From Blastocatellia bacterium (GTDB lineage Bacteria; Acidobacteriota; Blastocatellia; RBC074), in contig DATEMG010000417.1 in the NCBI GenBank assembly GCA_035275805.1, positions 1 to 49,522 on the forward strand: a DNA stretch of 49,522 nucleotides. The letters run 5' to 3'. Below, one piece after another: positions 1 through 8,537 of this stretch. The notes below the pieces were generated by a model, which worked only from the letters and a program-made list of their open reading frames with translations, made no database searches and was not told the DNA's origin. Within the stretch, counting starts at the first letter, position 1; every line of letters starts with the position of its first letter. The position numbers and the translations under genes were made by a program.

Positions 1-334
1 CCAGGCCTTGCAGTCGCCACAAGGCGACGTCTACGACCCAGCCTATGATCAGCGCGTAGTTGATGAACAGCCCGCCGCCCCAATTAAGCCCGGTTACTTC
101 GGCTGTCTGGCGGGCAGTTTCGCGGTAAGCCGCCGCCTGGCTCCAGTTGTGATAGAAGTGGTAAGCGCATGCTACGTGAACGATAAGACTGACGACCCCC
201 GCAGTCCATGCCGCTCGGGCCACCACATCCCAACTTCTCCTCCCGCGAGAAAGCAAGTAAACCGACGCCCCAATCACGTACCCGGCGAGCGCCAGCCAGA
301 CGGTTATTCTTGTGAAAATTTCGCCTTTTCCCAT
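1..334 (-). CDS. Small integral membrane protein (partial; 3' end outside window)
   Basis: Absent from the ORF track because it runs off the window edge. The reverse-complement reading from ATG (complement of 332-334) stays open to position 1: MGKGEIFTRITVWLALAGYVIGASVYLLSRGRRSWDVVARAAWTAGVVSLIVHVACAYHFYHNW... It contains several hydrophobic helices. It starts 25 nt downstream of the permease stop on the same strand. The + strand ORF 8..463 is its antisense shadow. Confidence 0.45.
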   Translation of the reverse strand, partial: MGKGEIFTRITVWLALAGYVIGASVYLLSRGRRSWDVVARAAWTAGVVSLIVHVACAYHFYHNWSQAAAYRETARQTAEVTGLNWGGGLFINYALIIGWVVDVALWRLQGL

Positions 335-359
335 CTTTTGAATTTACTTTTGGCGCCGA

Positions 360-3008
360 CTATTCACGGCGCAGCGCAATCATCGGATCGACCTTCGTCG
401 CGCGCCGCGCCGGAATCCAGCAGGCAAACACCGCGACTGCTGTCAGTAACAATGGAACCGTGAGAAACGTCACCGGATCCGCCGCGCTCACGCCGATCAA
501 CAGGCGTGACAGCAAGCGTGATAGCGCCAGCGCGAGTGTGGCTCCCACGACGACGCCGATCAGCGTCAGTTTCAGCCCCTGCCCGATCACCAGTCGCAAG
601 ATGTCGCGCGATTCGGCGCCCAGCGCCATCCGCAGGCCGATTTCGCCCGTCCGCTGCGACACGGCGTAAGAGATCACGCCGTAGATTCCCACGACGGCCA
701 GGCTCAGACCGAATAGACCGACTATCACCAACACTGTCGCCGCTACGCGTGGAAGGAAAAACGCCGTCGTCAGGTTTTCGCGCATCGTGGCGACTTCAAC
801 CAGTAAGCTTTTATCCAGCGCCAGGACGCTGTCGCGCACAGCGCTTCGCAGGAGGCTCGGCTCTCCGACTGTGCGCAAATGCAGCGCCATCTGCTGGCGG
901 TAGTTTTGCTGAGCAGACACGTAGAAGTACGTCCGCGTCTCTTCGCCGAGCGAACGATATTTACTGTCTTTGACGACGCCGACAACCTCGTAGTAAGTGC
1001 TGAGTTCATTCTCTTTTTCCATAAGACGCAGTCGTCGCCCCAGCGCGGACTGCGCTCCCGGCCAGAATCGTCGCGCCATTGTTTCATTGACAATGACGGC
1101 GAGCGGAGCTCCTTCGCCGTCCTGACTGGTGAATTCCCGCCCAGCTATAAGCGGAATGCCCATCGTTTCAAAGTAATGCGGCCCCACTGTGTTGAACATA
1201 AACACCGGAAAATCGCTGCCCGGCGCGTCATTCCCTTCGACCGCGACCCTGGAGGCGCGAACCATCTCCGATTTCAATGGGGTGAACTCGGCCAGACTCA
1301 CCCGCTGCACGCCCGGCGCATGCTCGAATCGATCGAGCAATTGCTGGTAAAAAAGGCGGCCGCGCGTTTTATCATATCTGGCCGCTCCCAGGTCCAATGT
1401 GACGGTCAGGATACGGTCGGTTTCAAAGCCGGGATCAACGTTGTGGACATTTTGCAGGCTGCGCGTGAATAGCCCGGCGCAGATCAACAGGATCAGCGAC
1501 ACCGCGACCTGAGCGATCACCAGCAAATTGCGAAAGCTGAACCTCGCCGTTTTTCCGCTGGCGCCGCGCCGGTCGTCCTTCAACATTGGGACGAGATTGA
1601 GTTTAGTGGCATGCCACGCAGGCGCCAGTCCGAACAGCACGCCCGAGAATATAGAGACGGCCAGCGTAAAACCCAGCGCGCGTGAGTCCAGAGCCACGTT
1701 GAGTTCAATTGAGACATCCGTAGGCGAGCGGAAGGATCGCAGCAGGGAAGTCAGCCAGAACGCCAACAGGCAGCCCGCGGCCCCGCCCGCGAGCGCCAGC
1801 AGTAAGCTTTCCGTGAGGAGTTGACGGATCAGGCGTCTTCGACTGGCGCCGAGCGCCAGTCGAATAGCCACTTCCTGCTGTCGCAGCGCGGCGCGCGAAA
1901 GCAGCAGATTGGCGACATTGACGCAAACAAGCAGCAACACCAGTCCGCCGATTACGGTGATCAATCCCAGGAAGACCTGAATGGCCCGCGTTGCGAAATC
2001 GGGAAGATGGTCCAGCGGATAAACCCTGGAGCCTTCCAGGTTGCGATTCACATCGGGATCCAGAGCGGGATAAGTTTCCGCCAGTCGCTTCGTAACCAGG
2101 CTGACCTCGGCCTGCGCCTGCGCCGGGCTGGCTCCTGGCTTCAGCTTGCCGAACACGTTCACAGACTCTGCGTTGCGATCACTGAAGAAATCCGCTCCCG
2201 GACGGAGTTGCGGCTGCATCAACGGCGCCCACAATTCAGGCGCGACACCGAAAGGCCACGTGCCGCGGAATCCTTCGGGCATGATTCCGATCACAGTGAA
2301 CTGATGCGCATTCAGCGTGATCGTCTGGCCCACTATCCGGGCATCGCCTCCGAAGCGGCGCTTCCAATATCCGTGGCTCATAACGGCCACTGGATGCGCG
2401 CCGGACCCATCATCCGTTTCCGTCCCAAAGGTGCGCCCAAGCGCTGCGGGAATTCCCAGCGCCGGAAAAAAATTGCCGGTCACAAACTCTCCGTAAACCC
2501 TTTCAATCGAATCTCCCTGGCCCAGATTCAAACTGCCGGAGCAGTGCGCGGCCAGCGTGGCGAAGGACTGTGTCCCCTCCGCCAGATCGCGATAGTTCGG
2601 AAAAGAGAAGAAGTTGCCCTGGCGCTTGAAGATCCGCAACAGTTGTTCGGGCTCCGCGACGACCTGAGGGCGCAGTAGAACACCGTTGACGAAACTGAAG
2701 ATCGCGGTATTCGCGCCGATGCCTAAACTGAGAGTGAGTATGGCCATCAAGGTGAAGCCGGGCTGTTTCAATAACATTCGCGCGCCGTAGCGCAGGTCTT
2801 GCCAGAATGTTTCAAGCGCGCCGAATCCCCACATCCCGCGCGCGGTCTCTTTGATCAATCCGACATTGCCGAACTCCCGTCGCGCCCCCGATTCGGCGTC
2901 TTTCGCGCTTTCGCCCCGTTGCATACGGTCGCGGATCGCCATTCGCAAATGGCTTTGGATCTCTTCTTCCAGTTCTTCTTCGCGTCGCCGCCAAGGTGGG
3001 AACTTCAT
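360..3008 (-). CDS. ADOP-family duplicated ABC-type permease (MacB-like periplasmic domain + FtsX, two copies)
   Basis: 882 aa. The N-terminus (EEELEEEIQSHLRMAIRDRMQRGESAKDAESGARREFGNVGLIKE...WQDLRYGARMLLKQPGFT) is the stereotyped leader of acidobacterial duplicated orphan permeases. There are two blocks of four TM helices. A 4-nt overlap (ATGA) links it to the upstream PadR gene. Confidence 0.9.
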   Translation of the reverse strand: MKFPPWRRREEELEEEIQSHLRMAIRDRMQRGESAKDAESGARREFGNVGLIKETARGMWGFGALETFWQDLRYGARMLLKQPGFTLMAILTLSLGIGANTAIFSFVNGVLLRPQVVAEPEQLLRIFKRQGNFFSFPNYRDLAEGTQSFATLAAHCSGSLNLGQGDSIERVYGEFVTGNFFPALGIPAALGRTFGTETDDGSGAHPVAVMSHGYWKRRFGGDARIVGQTITLNAHQFTVIGIMPEGFRGTWPFGVAPELWAPLMQPQLRPGADFFSDRNAESVNVFGKLKPGASPAQAQAEVSLVTKRLAETYPALDPDVNRNLEGSRVYPLDHLPDFATRAIQVFLGLITVIGGLVLLLVCVNVANLLLSRAALRQQEVAIRLALGASRRRLIRQLLTESLLLALAGGAAGCLLAFWLTSLLRSFRSPTDVSIELNVALDSRALGFTLAVSIFSGVLFGLAPAWHATKLNLVPMLKDDRRGASGKTARFSFRNLLVIAQVAVSLILLICAGLFTRSLQNVHNVDPGFETDRILTVTLDLGAARYDKTRGRLFYQQLLDRFEHAPGVQRVSLAEFTPLKSEMVRASRVAVEGNDAPGSDFPVFMFNTVGPHYFETMGIPLIAGREFTSQDGEGAPLAVIVNETMARRFWPGAQSALGRRLRLMEKENELSTYYEVVGVVKDSKYRSLGEETRTYFYVSAQQNYRQQMALHLRTVGEPSLLRSAVRDSVLALDKSLLVEVATMRENLTTAFFLPRVAATVLVIVGLFGLSLAVVGIYGVISYAVSQRTGEIGLRMALGAESRDILRLVIGQGLKLTLIGVVVGATLALALSRLLSRLLIGVSAADPVTFLTVPLLLTAVAVFACWIPARRATKVDPMIALRRE

Positions 3009-3364
3009 GCCTCACTCTCCTTCCTCGCCGGGTTCAGGACGCCCTCGACGGCTTCCGTGAGTCGTTCCCAGCGCGATCGTTCGGCGGCCAAATGCTTTTT
3101 CCCCGCGGCGGTCAGGCGATAGACCTTGACCCGCTGATTGTTCTCGGAGACCTTCCAATCAGAACTGATCCACTTTTGCCTCTCCAGCCGGTGCAGCGCC
3201 GGATAGAGCGAGCCGGTGTCTACTTGCAGCGTTTCGTTGGAATTGGTTCGGATCGCCTGGCTGATGTTGTAGCCGTGCTGTGGCCCCCATTGCAGCGTCT
3301 GCAGGATGAGCATGTCCAGCGTCCCCTGCAGCAACTCGATCCGGTTCTGGTATCGCGCTTTCAT
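3005..3364 (-). CDS. PadR-family transcriptional regulator (acidobacterial PadR type)
   Basis: 119 aa. GTLDMLILQTLQWGPQHGYNISQAI...GSLYPALHRLERQKWI...RVKVYRLTAAGKKHL is a classic PadR winged-helix. It is translationally coupled to the ADOP permease. Confidence 0.9.
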   Translation of the reverse strand: MKARYQNRIELLQGTLDMLILQTLQWGPQHGYNISQAIRTNSNETLQVDTGSLYPALHRLERQKWISSDWKVSENNQRVKVYRLTAAGKKHLAAERSRWERLTEAVEGVLNPARKESEA

Positions 3365-3493
3365 CTGCGGTTTCCTCCTTGAATCTCAAGCTGTAGGCAA
3401 TCTACACCAATGGCCGTAGAATGTCTACGGCTTTTTGATTTAGGGACTGTCTGTCAGGCGCTTGCCGAGGTTTTGCTGTTCGGTGGGATTGGC

Positions 3494-3646
3494 CCTGGGT
3501 ACGCGCCGCTTCCAGCGCGCAGTCTCGGCGGTAGACGTCTTGATAAGAACTAGACCTGGTACGCGTCACCTCTAGCGCAGGGGCGATTGATTCCAATCAA
3601 CCGGTCTTCCGCCGAGACTGCTCGCTGGAAGCGGCGCGTACCCAGG
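3494..3646. repeat. MITE-like palindromic element, copy A (38-nt inverted arms, 77-nt core)
   Basis: Left arm 3494-3531 is CCTGGGTACGCGCCGCTTCCAGCGCGCAGTCTCGGCGG. The right arm 3609-3646 is its reverse complement with 1 mismatch. The core holds a 14-nt palindrome TTGATTCCAATCAA (3587-3600). A homologous copy lies at 40260-40452. Confidence 0.75.
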
Positions 3647-3648
3647 TT

Positions 3649-4500
3649 TCAAGGCCGGATCGCGATGATTCGCGCAGGCCCTCCCGTCCCGCCTTTGATC
3701 TTCATAGGCAATGCGACGAGCGTCGCGCCTTTCGCCGGCAGGCTGTCGAGGTTCGCGACGTTTTCCAGGGCGTAAATGTTCGCGCCGTTCAAAATCTGGT
3801 GCGCGATGAAATCTTTCGAGGGGCCGTGATCGATGCTCGCCGTGTCAATGCCCACGCCGTCTATCTTTCTCCGCTTCGCCAGAAATTCGGCGGCTTCGCG
3901 CGAGAGGCCGGGGAAATGCAGGTTGGCTGTGTCGCCGGGCGCGTCCGTACCCAAATACCGCTTCCTATCCGGCCAGAACTTTCCCCAGCCCGACCGGACT
4001 AGCGCGATCGAATTGTCGGGTATCTGCCCGTTCGCCTTCTCCCAGGACGCGATGTCGTCAACGGTCAGAAGATAATCGGCGTTCTTCGCGGCGGCCTCGG
4101 AAATGTCGATCACGATGGCCGGCGCTACGAGGCGCGAAACCGGAATCTCGTCGGCGGCCAGCCTACCCTCGCCGAAATGTATCGGCGCGTCCAGGTGCGT
4201 GCCGCCGTGTTCGCTCGCGGCGTATCTGGCCGCGGTGTACCAGTAACCGCCCGTAGACCGCCCCCATGATTCTTTCTCCCATTGAAACGGCTTCGCCGTC
4301 GGCCAGTAAACGGTCTTCTCGTCGAAACTGTAGGTCAGGTCGACGATCTTCGATTCGTCGATCCTACTTTGATCATTGACTGACGGGCTGGCGGGCGGAT
4401 TCGAATTTTTTTCTGGGGCGTGCGAAGTGCGGTTGAGGGCGAAAAGCGCAAGGCCGCCGATGAAGACCGCCGTGACAATCGCCAGAATCAGTTTGCGCAT
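3649..4500 (-). CDS. Cyclase-family protein (kynurenine formamidase-like fold), N-terminally membrane-anchored or secreted
   Basis: The motif HGGTHLDAPIHFGEG matches the HxGTHxDAPxH signature of the putative-cyclase family. I chose the start at ATG 4500 (MRKLILAIVTAVFIGGLALFAL, preceded by GGAGAAG). The track's longer start at 4578 reads through the 14-mer repeat. Confidence 0.8.
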   Translation of the reverse strand: MRKLILAIVTAVFIGGLALFALNRTSHAPEKNSNPPASPSVNDQSRIDESKIVDLTYSFDEKTVYWPTAKPFQWEKESWGRSTGGYWYTAARYAASEHGGTHLDAPIHFGEGRLAADEIPVSRLVAPAIVIDISEAAAKNADYLLTVDDIASWEKANGQIPDNSIALVRSGWGKFWPDRKRYLGTDAPGDTANLHFPGLSREAAEFLAKRRKIDGVGIDTASIDHGPSKDFIAHQILNGANIYALENVANLDSLPAKGATLVALPMKIKGGTGGPARIIAIRP

Positions 4501-4518
4501 AATCTTCTCCGTTGAGGG

Positions 4519-4618
4519 TCGAGGATGGAGGATCGAAGATGGAGGATCGAGGATGGAGGATCGAGGACCGCCACACATATGACGGCGCGACCTTCCATCT
4601 TCGATCCTCCATCCTCGA
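4519..4618. repeat. Hairpin built from tandem 14-mers (GGAGGATCGA[G/A]GAT, about 3.3 copies) plus an inverted copy
   Basis: 4519-4543 (TCGAGGATGGAGGATCGAAGATGGA) is perfectly complementary to 4594-4618 (TCCATCTTCGATCCTCCATCCTCGA). It sits between the methyltransferase stop (4621) and the cyclase start (4500). Confidence 0.8.
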
Positions 4619-4620
4619 TG

Positions 4621-5238
4621 CTATGGTTTGGCCACGCCGCGATACATCTCGGCCAGAATCCGTGGCGCGTTCGGCAATAGGAAACGATCGAGCGTGGTGA
4701 TTTCAAAACCGGCGTTTCCGATCAGATCGTCGATCTTGCGATTCATATTGCATCCCGCGCCGATGATTTTCTGAATCGGATTGAAGCGGTCCTGGCGCCG
4801 CGCGACCTTCGGATCGTCGCTGCGCCCGTGCTCGAAGAATACGAACCGGCCTTCTGGTTTCAGGACGCGGCGAATTTCGGCCAGGGCCGCGGCGGTGTCA
4901 GGAATGGAACACAAAGTCAGCGTAGTTACGACCGTATCGAACCTGCGGTCTTCGAACGGCAATCGCCCTTGCGCATCGAGCCGCATTCTGGTCACGGGGA
5001 ACGGGCAGGCGGCGACGCGTTTTTCGACCCGGTCTTCCAACATATTCTCCGAATCGATCGCGGTCAGTTTCGTTACCGCTTCGGGGTAGTAAGGCAGATT
5101 CAACCCAGTGCCGAAGCCGATCTCAAGCGTCTCGCCGCGCGCCGGCACCAACGCCCTGCGGCGGTAATCGCCGAATTCGGGCGCGCCCACGCTCCAATCG
5201 AGAATACGAGGGAAGATATATTTCGCGTAAAAACCCAT
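4621..5238 (-). CDS. Class I SAM-dependent methyltransferase
   Basis: 205 aa. It carries the motif I region ETLEIGFGTGLNLPYY and post-I/II regions (LKPEGRFVFFEHG) typical of the Methyltransf_11 type. Confidence 0.85.
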   Translation of the reverse strand: MGFYAKYIFPRILDWSVGAPEFGDYRRRALVPARGETLEIGFGTGLNLPYYPEAVTKLTAIDSENMLEDRVEKRVAACPFPVTRMRLDAQGRLPFEDRRFDTVVTTLTLCSIPDTAAALAEIRRVLKPEGRFVFFEHGRSDDPKVARRQDRFNPIQKIIGAGCNMNRKIDDLIGNAGFEITTLDRFLLPNAPRILAEMYRGVAKP

Positions 5239-5253
5239 CTGCGTTCAATCCTA

Positions 5254-6495
5254 CTATTCAGGCCTGATCGGCTGCGGATTGAACAGCGTCTGACGGCCGC
5301 TTTTAAAGCCTGCGATGACCGCGCCCGACCGATCAACCTGATCCTTGCCGGCCAGGATCGCAAAATCAATCGCAAACTTGCGCGTCTCGTTAGGTTTGAG
5401 TTTCGGCACGCGACCGGCTTTGCGCTCGACGCTGCGGTTGGCGGGAAAACCCGTGCCCGGCTCCAATCCAGTCACATATCCTTCTTCAATCGCCGTAGTG
5501 TTCTTCCACAATGTGAAATAGGGCAATTGATCAATCAGGTAAGACATCGTTATGCCTTTGTCGCCCGCCGCGTTCCGCAGCATCACGGTGGCTCGATTGT
5601 TTTCATCGGCGAACGGAATGACGCCGTAAACCTGTTCGATGAAACCTTTGGTCGGCGCGGCGTATTCGGCGAATTGATTCAGACTCTTCGCCGCGTGCGT
5701 GTTGAACGGCCTGACCTCTTTGGCCGCGGCTACGAAGCGCGATCCGGCTTCGAGCAGCGGCGGCCCGTAATTCGCGTGATAGATGATCTGGAACTCCTGT
5801 TCGTACGCGCCGTAATTTTTGATCTCGTCCTCGATGCGGAAAGCGTTCGATCCGGGCTCGGTCGAAATCTCGGTCCACAATTCAAGCTTCGGCCCGTAAA
5901 ACATCCTCTCGTCGACGCGGCCGCGAATTCGGATTCGGTACGGCGCGGAACGGTCAATCACGACCTCGACTTCGGAAGCCGGAATATTTCCGACTTTGCC
6001 GTGCAGCGTTAAATCCATCTCGGCGTCATCGCCCGTGTTGTTGATGAACTTGTCTTTGCCCGGATGGCCCGCCCATTCCAGCCCGCAACGAACCATCCAT
6101 TCGTTGAAGCCTTCGAGCCAACCCAGGCCGCCGCGGCTCTGCAAATTGATGAACTGCGGATGCACAATCTCCTTAACCGGCGAATCCCAGCCGAGCCGGA
6201 TGTCGCCCATCTCGACCTTCGCCACGCTCATCCCGCGCGTCGGCGAGACGACGAAACTCAGGCGCCCGTTGTTGACGACGATCACATCAACGCCTTCCTG
6301 TTTACCTCCACGCAGCGTGTATTTCTGAACCGACCAGGGAGCGGTCGATTTGAAGTCGAAATCTCGGCTCGTGATCTGCCAGGTGTCGAGATGTATGTTG
6401 CGCGACACGCTGGTCAAAGTTTGACGAAAAGAGTCATCAGTTGAGGTAAATATAAAAGTCGAGGAGAACATGACGAGACAGATCAGCCTTAACAC
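5254..6495 (-). CDS. DUF4432 / aldose-1-epimerase-like family protein with N-terminal signal or anchor
   Basis: 413 aa. The blocks PTRGMSV...[22 protein letters not shown]...[12 protein letters not shown]...[13 protein letters not shown] match my memory of the DUF4432 mutarotase-like family. Confidence 0.7.
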   Translation of the reverse strand: MLRLICLVMFSSTFIFTSTDDSFRQTLTSVSRNIHLDTWQITSRDFDFKSTAPWSVQKYTLRGGKQEGVDVIVVNNGRLSFVVSPTRGMSVAKVEMGDIRLGWDSPVKEIVHPQFINLQSRGGLGWLEGFNEWMVRCGLEWAGHPGKDKFINNTGDDAEMDLTLHGKVGNIPASEVEVVIDRSAPYRIRIRGRVDERMFYGPKLELWTEISTEPGSNAFRIEDEIKNYGAYEQEFQIIYHANYGPPLLEAGSRFVAAAKEVRPFNTHAAKSLNQFAEYAAPTKGFIEQVYGVIPFADENNRATVMLRNAAGDKGITMSYLIDQLPYFTLWKNTTAIEEGYVTGLEPGTGFPANRSVERKAGRVPKLKPNETRKFAIDFAILAGKDQVDRSGAVIAGFKSGRQTLFNPQPIRPE

Positions 6496-6533
6496 GTCGC
6501 TCGCTCCTTGGAGGATTTGTGATATTGCCTGTT

Positions 6534-6551
6534 AAAACGGGCGCCCGTTTT
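6534..6551 (-). terminator. Perfect 18-nt palindrome AAAACGGGCGCCCGTTTT (possible bidirectional intrinsic terminator)
   Basis: A GC stem is flanked by A4 and T4 runs. It lies 51 nt downstream of the RAYT-like gene stop. Confidence 0.45.
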
Positions 6552-6601
6552 GATGACGATTGCGGCCCTTGATTTAGCACACCGGTTTTTCGGAAGCAAA
6601 C

Positions 6602-7291
6602 TTATATTGATTCTTTAGGTTCACTCTGCGGGTCCACGTCCCATTTCTTCCCGTATTCCAGAATCGGGTATTCGCGCCAGATCTTTTCCGCCATTTCTCG
6701 CCCGATGCGCTCAAGAAAATCTGTGGCGCTCGACCAGGGCCAGTCCTGCCATTTGTCAACGTGGCAGTGATGGATAGGATTGTTGTGGATGTAATTCACG
6801 GTCGCCCAAAAATGACGATACGATTTGATTGCCCGGTCAAAGCAATTATGCCAGACCTGTCGCCCGCGGCGCTGGTCTTCGCCATTCCATTTAAATGACC
6901 AGCGCCCATGGAACCTGCCGATCTCTTTGCGAAGCGCTTTGATCTGGTCGGTTTTGACCAAAATGTGATAATGGTTCGGCAGAATACACCAGGCGTAAAT
7001 GACGCCCGCGTAATTCCCGCAGACTTCAAGCAGGTCGTTTTCGCATTCGGTCATCCGCTCGTGGTTGACGCCGATGATGTGCGCGTGCTCGTAACAGGCT
7101 CCGGAAATGAAGAACTGTCTTTCGCCTTCAAAATTCCAATGCGGCGGCGAATGCCAGGGGCAACGTCGCTGTTGCCGATACGTTACGACCTCGTTCTGTT
7201 GTTCGGGCGAGAGATTGCGGTAGTAGTACATTTCCGAAATATCTTGGTAAATGAGTCGGCCGGCTGAAGCCGGTACTCTAAACGCTGTCAT
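6602..7291 (-). CDS. REP-associated tyrosine transposase-like protein (IS200/IS605 Y1 HUH family, COG1943 type)
   Basis: WCILPNHYHILV carries the HUH motif. RRGRQVWHNCFDRAI...NYIHNNPIHHCHVDKWQDWPWSS matches the RAYT C-terminal block containing the catalytic Tyr. The first 12 codons are encoded by a repeat arm, so the true start may be M21 (7231). Confidence 0.8.
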   Translation of the reverse strand: MTAFRVPASAGRLIYQDISEMYYYRNLSPEQQNEVVTYRQQRRCPWHSPPHWNFEGERQFFISGACYEHAHIIGVNHERMTECENDLLEVCGNYAGVIYAWCILPNHYHILVKTDQIKALRKEIGRFHGRWSFKWNGEDQRRGRQVWHNCFDRAIKSYRHFWATVNYIHNNPIHHCHVDKWQDWPWSSATDFLERIGREMAEKIWREYPILEYGKKWDVDPQSEPKESI

Positions 7292-7412
7292 TCGACGATT
7301 CTAGTATCATTTGATTGCCTGAGGAGATGGTTCGCCTCTTCCCATTAATTGTTCACACGCCCTTCCATTTTTCACTGAAACAGTCAGGAGACAGCGTTTA
7401 GAGTACCGGCTT
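7267..7412. repeat. REP-like inverted repeat (23-nt perfect arms, 100-nt spacer) abutting the RAYT gene start
   Basis: 7267-7289 (AAGCCGGTACTCTAAACGCTGTC) is the exact reverse complement of 7390-7412. Each arm extends imperfectly into a small GC hairpin (CCGGCTGAAGCCGG). Confidence 0.75.
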
Positions 7413-7451
7413 GCGGCCGGCTGAGATTAGACTCCAAGCCCTTTTTTCATA

Positions 7452-8459
7452 TCACAGCTTGATAACCAGCTTGCCCTGATTCGATCCCTCGAAGAGTTTG
7501 TTCACCGCTCGGGGCGCTTCCTTCAATCCTTCGACGACGTCCACGCGGTATTTAAGCTTGCCCTCCATATACCATTTGATCAGTTCGGGGATGGCTTCCT
7601 GGGCGCGAGGCAGGTAATCGATAACGATGAAGCCTTGCATTTTTGCGCGGCGGGCCAGGATGTTGATCAAATTGTATGGGCCGGGGACGGGCGCCGTGGC
7701 GTTGTATTGCGAGATCATTCCGCAGACGCTGATCCGCGCGCGCAAGTTGATCATCGCCAGTACGGCGTCGAGGATTTCTCCGCCGACGTTGTCGAAGTAA
7801 ATGTCTATGCCGTTTGGACAGGTCCGCTTCAATCCCTGGCGGACATTCTCGGTCTTGTAATTGATCGCGGCGTCGAAGCCGAGTTCATCCACGATCCATT
7901 TACATTTCTCGTCGCTTCCGGCTATGCCGACGACGCGGCAGCCTTTGAGCTTGCCGATCTGGCCGACTATCGAGCCGACAGCGCCGGCGGCGGCAGATAC
8001 GACGAGCGTTTCGCCCGACTGCGGATCCGTGATGTCCAGCAATCCGAAATAGGCGGTCAATCCGATGGCGCCGAACAGTCCCAGATAGGCCGTCAACGGT
8101 ATCGCCGGGTTGTTCGGAAGTTTATTCAACCCCGCGCCGTCGGAGGCGGCGTATTGCTGCCAGCCGAGAAAGCCCTGTACGTTGTCGCCTGCCTGAAAAT
8201 TCGGATTGCGCGACTCTTCAACCACGCCCACCGTTCCACCCAGCATCACGCTTCCGAGAGGAATCGGCGCCATGTACGAGCCTTCCTCCCTGACCCAACC
8301 GCGATTGGCCGGGTCGAGCGACAGATAGAGATTGCGGATGAGAACCTGCCCGTCCTGCAATTCGGGCACAGGCTCTTCAGCCCACTGAAAATCCGTCTCT
8401 TTGATCATCCCTACTGGGCGCGCGACCAGTCTCCACTGATGATTGATTCTTTGTGACAT
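7452..8459 (-). CDS. NADP-dependent oxidoreductase (MDR superfamily, alkenal/one reductase YncB/CurA-like)
   Basis: 335 aa. The N-terminus NHQWRLVARPVGMIKETDFQWAEEPVPELQDGQVLIRNLYLSLDPANRGW and the GAAGAVGSIVGQIGK Rossmann motif are typical of this family. Confidence 0.9.
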   Translation of the reverse strand: MSQRINHQWRLVARPVGMIKETDFQWAEEPVPELQDGQVLIRNLYLSLDPANRGWVREEGSYMAPIPLGSVMLGGTVGVVEESRNPNFQAGDNVQGFLGWQQYAASDGAGLNKLPNNPAIPLTAYLGLFGAIGLTAYFGLLDITDPQSGETLVVSAAAGAVGSIVGQIGKLKGCRVVGIAGSDEKCKWIVDELGFDAAINYKTENVRQGLKRTCPNGIDIYFDNVGGEILDAVLAMINLRARISVCGMISQYNATAPVPGPYNLINILARRAKMQGFIVIDYLPRAQEAIPELIKWYMEGKLKYRVDVVEGLKEAPRAVNKLFEGSNQGKLVIKL

Positions 8460-8476
8460 TCGATGTTCTCCTTTGA

Positions 8477-8537
8477 CAATGTGGGACGGACCTTAGTCCC
8501 TCCTTGTTCACGGAGAGACTAGAGCCCGTCCCACATT
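8477..8537. repeat. Imperfect 26-nt inverted repeat (AATGTGGGACGG...TTAGTCCCTCC)
   Basis: Arm 8477-8503 pairs with arm 8512-8537 with about 4 mismatches. It lies immediately upstream of the oxidoreductase start. Confidence 0.6.

Noticed and set aside
8-463. Plus-strand ORF 8..463 (151 aa).
   Set aside because: It is antisense to a better minus-strand membrane-protein reading frame (1-334) and to the 3' end of the ADOP permease. Its composition is Pro/Arg/Ser-rich.
4828-6012. Long alternative-strand or alternative-frame ORFs: 4828..6012 +, 7635..8456 +, 9104..9805 -, 10499..11350 -, 12286..12918 -, 13948..15177 -, 14033..15112 -, 21685..22521 -, 31198..32091 -, 33041..34480 +, 33315..34118 -, 34137..34868 -, 40711..42006 -, 42124..43359 -, 44076..45275 -, 46759..47382 -, 48056..48628 -, 48701..49462 -.
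   Set aside because: Each lies entirely inside a gene with strong family motifs on the other strand or frame. Their products are Arg/Ala/Gly/Pro-rich with no recognisable motifs, as expected for shadow ORFs in GC-rich DNA.
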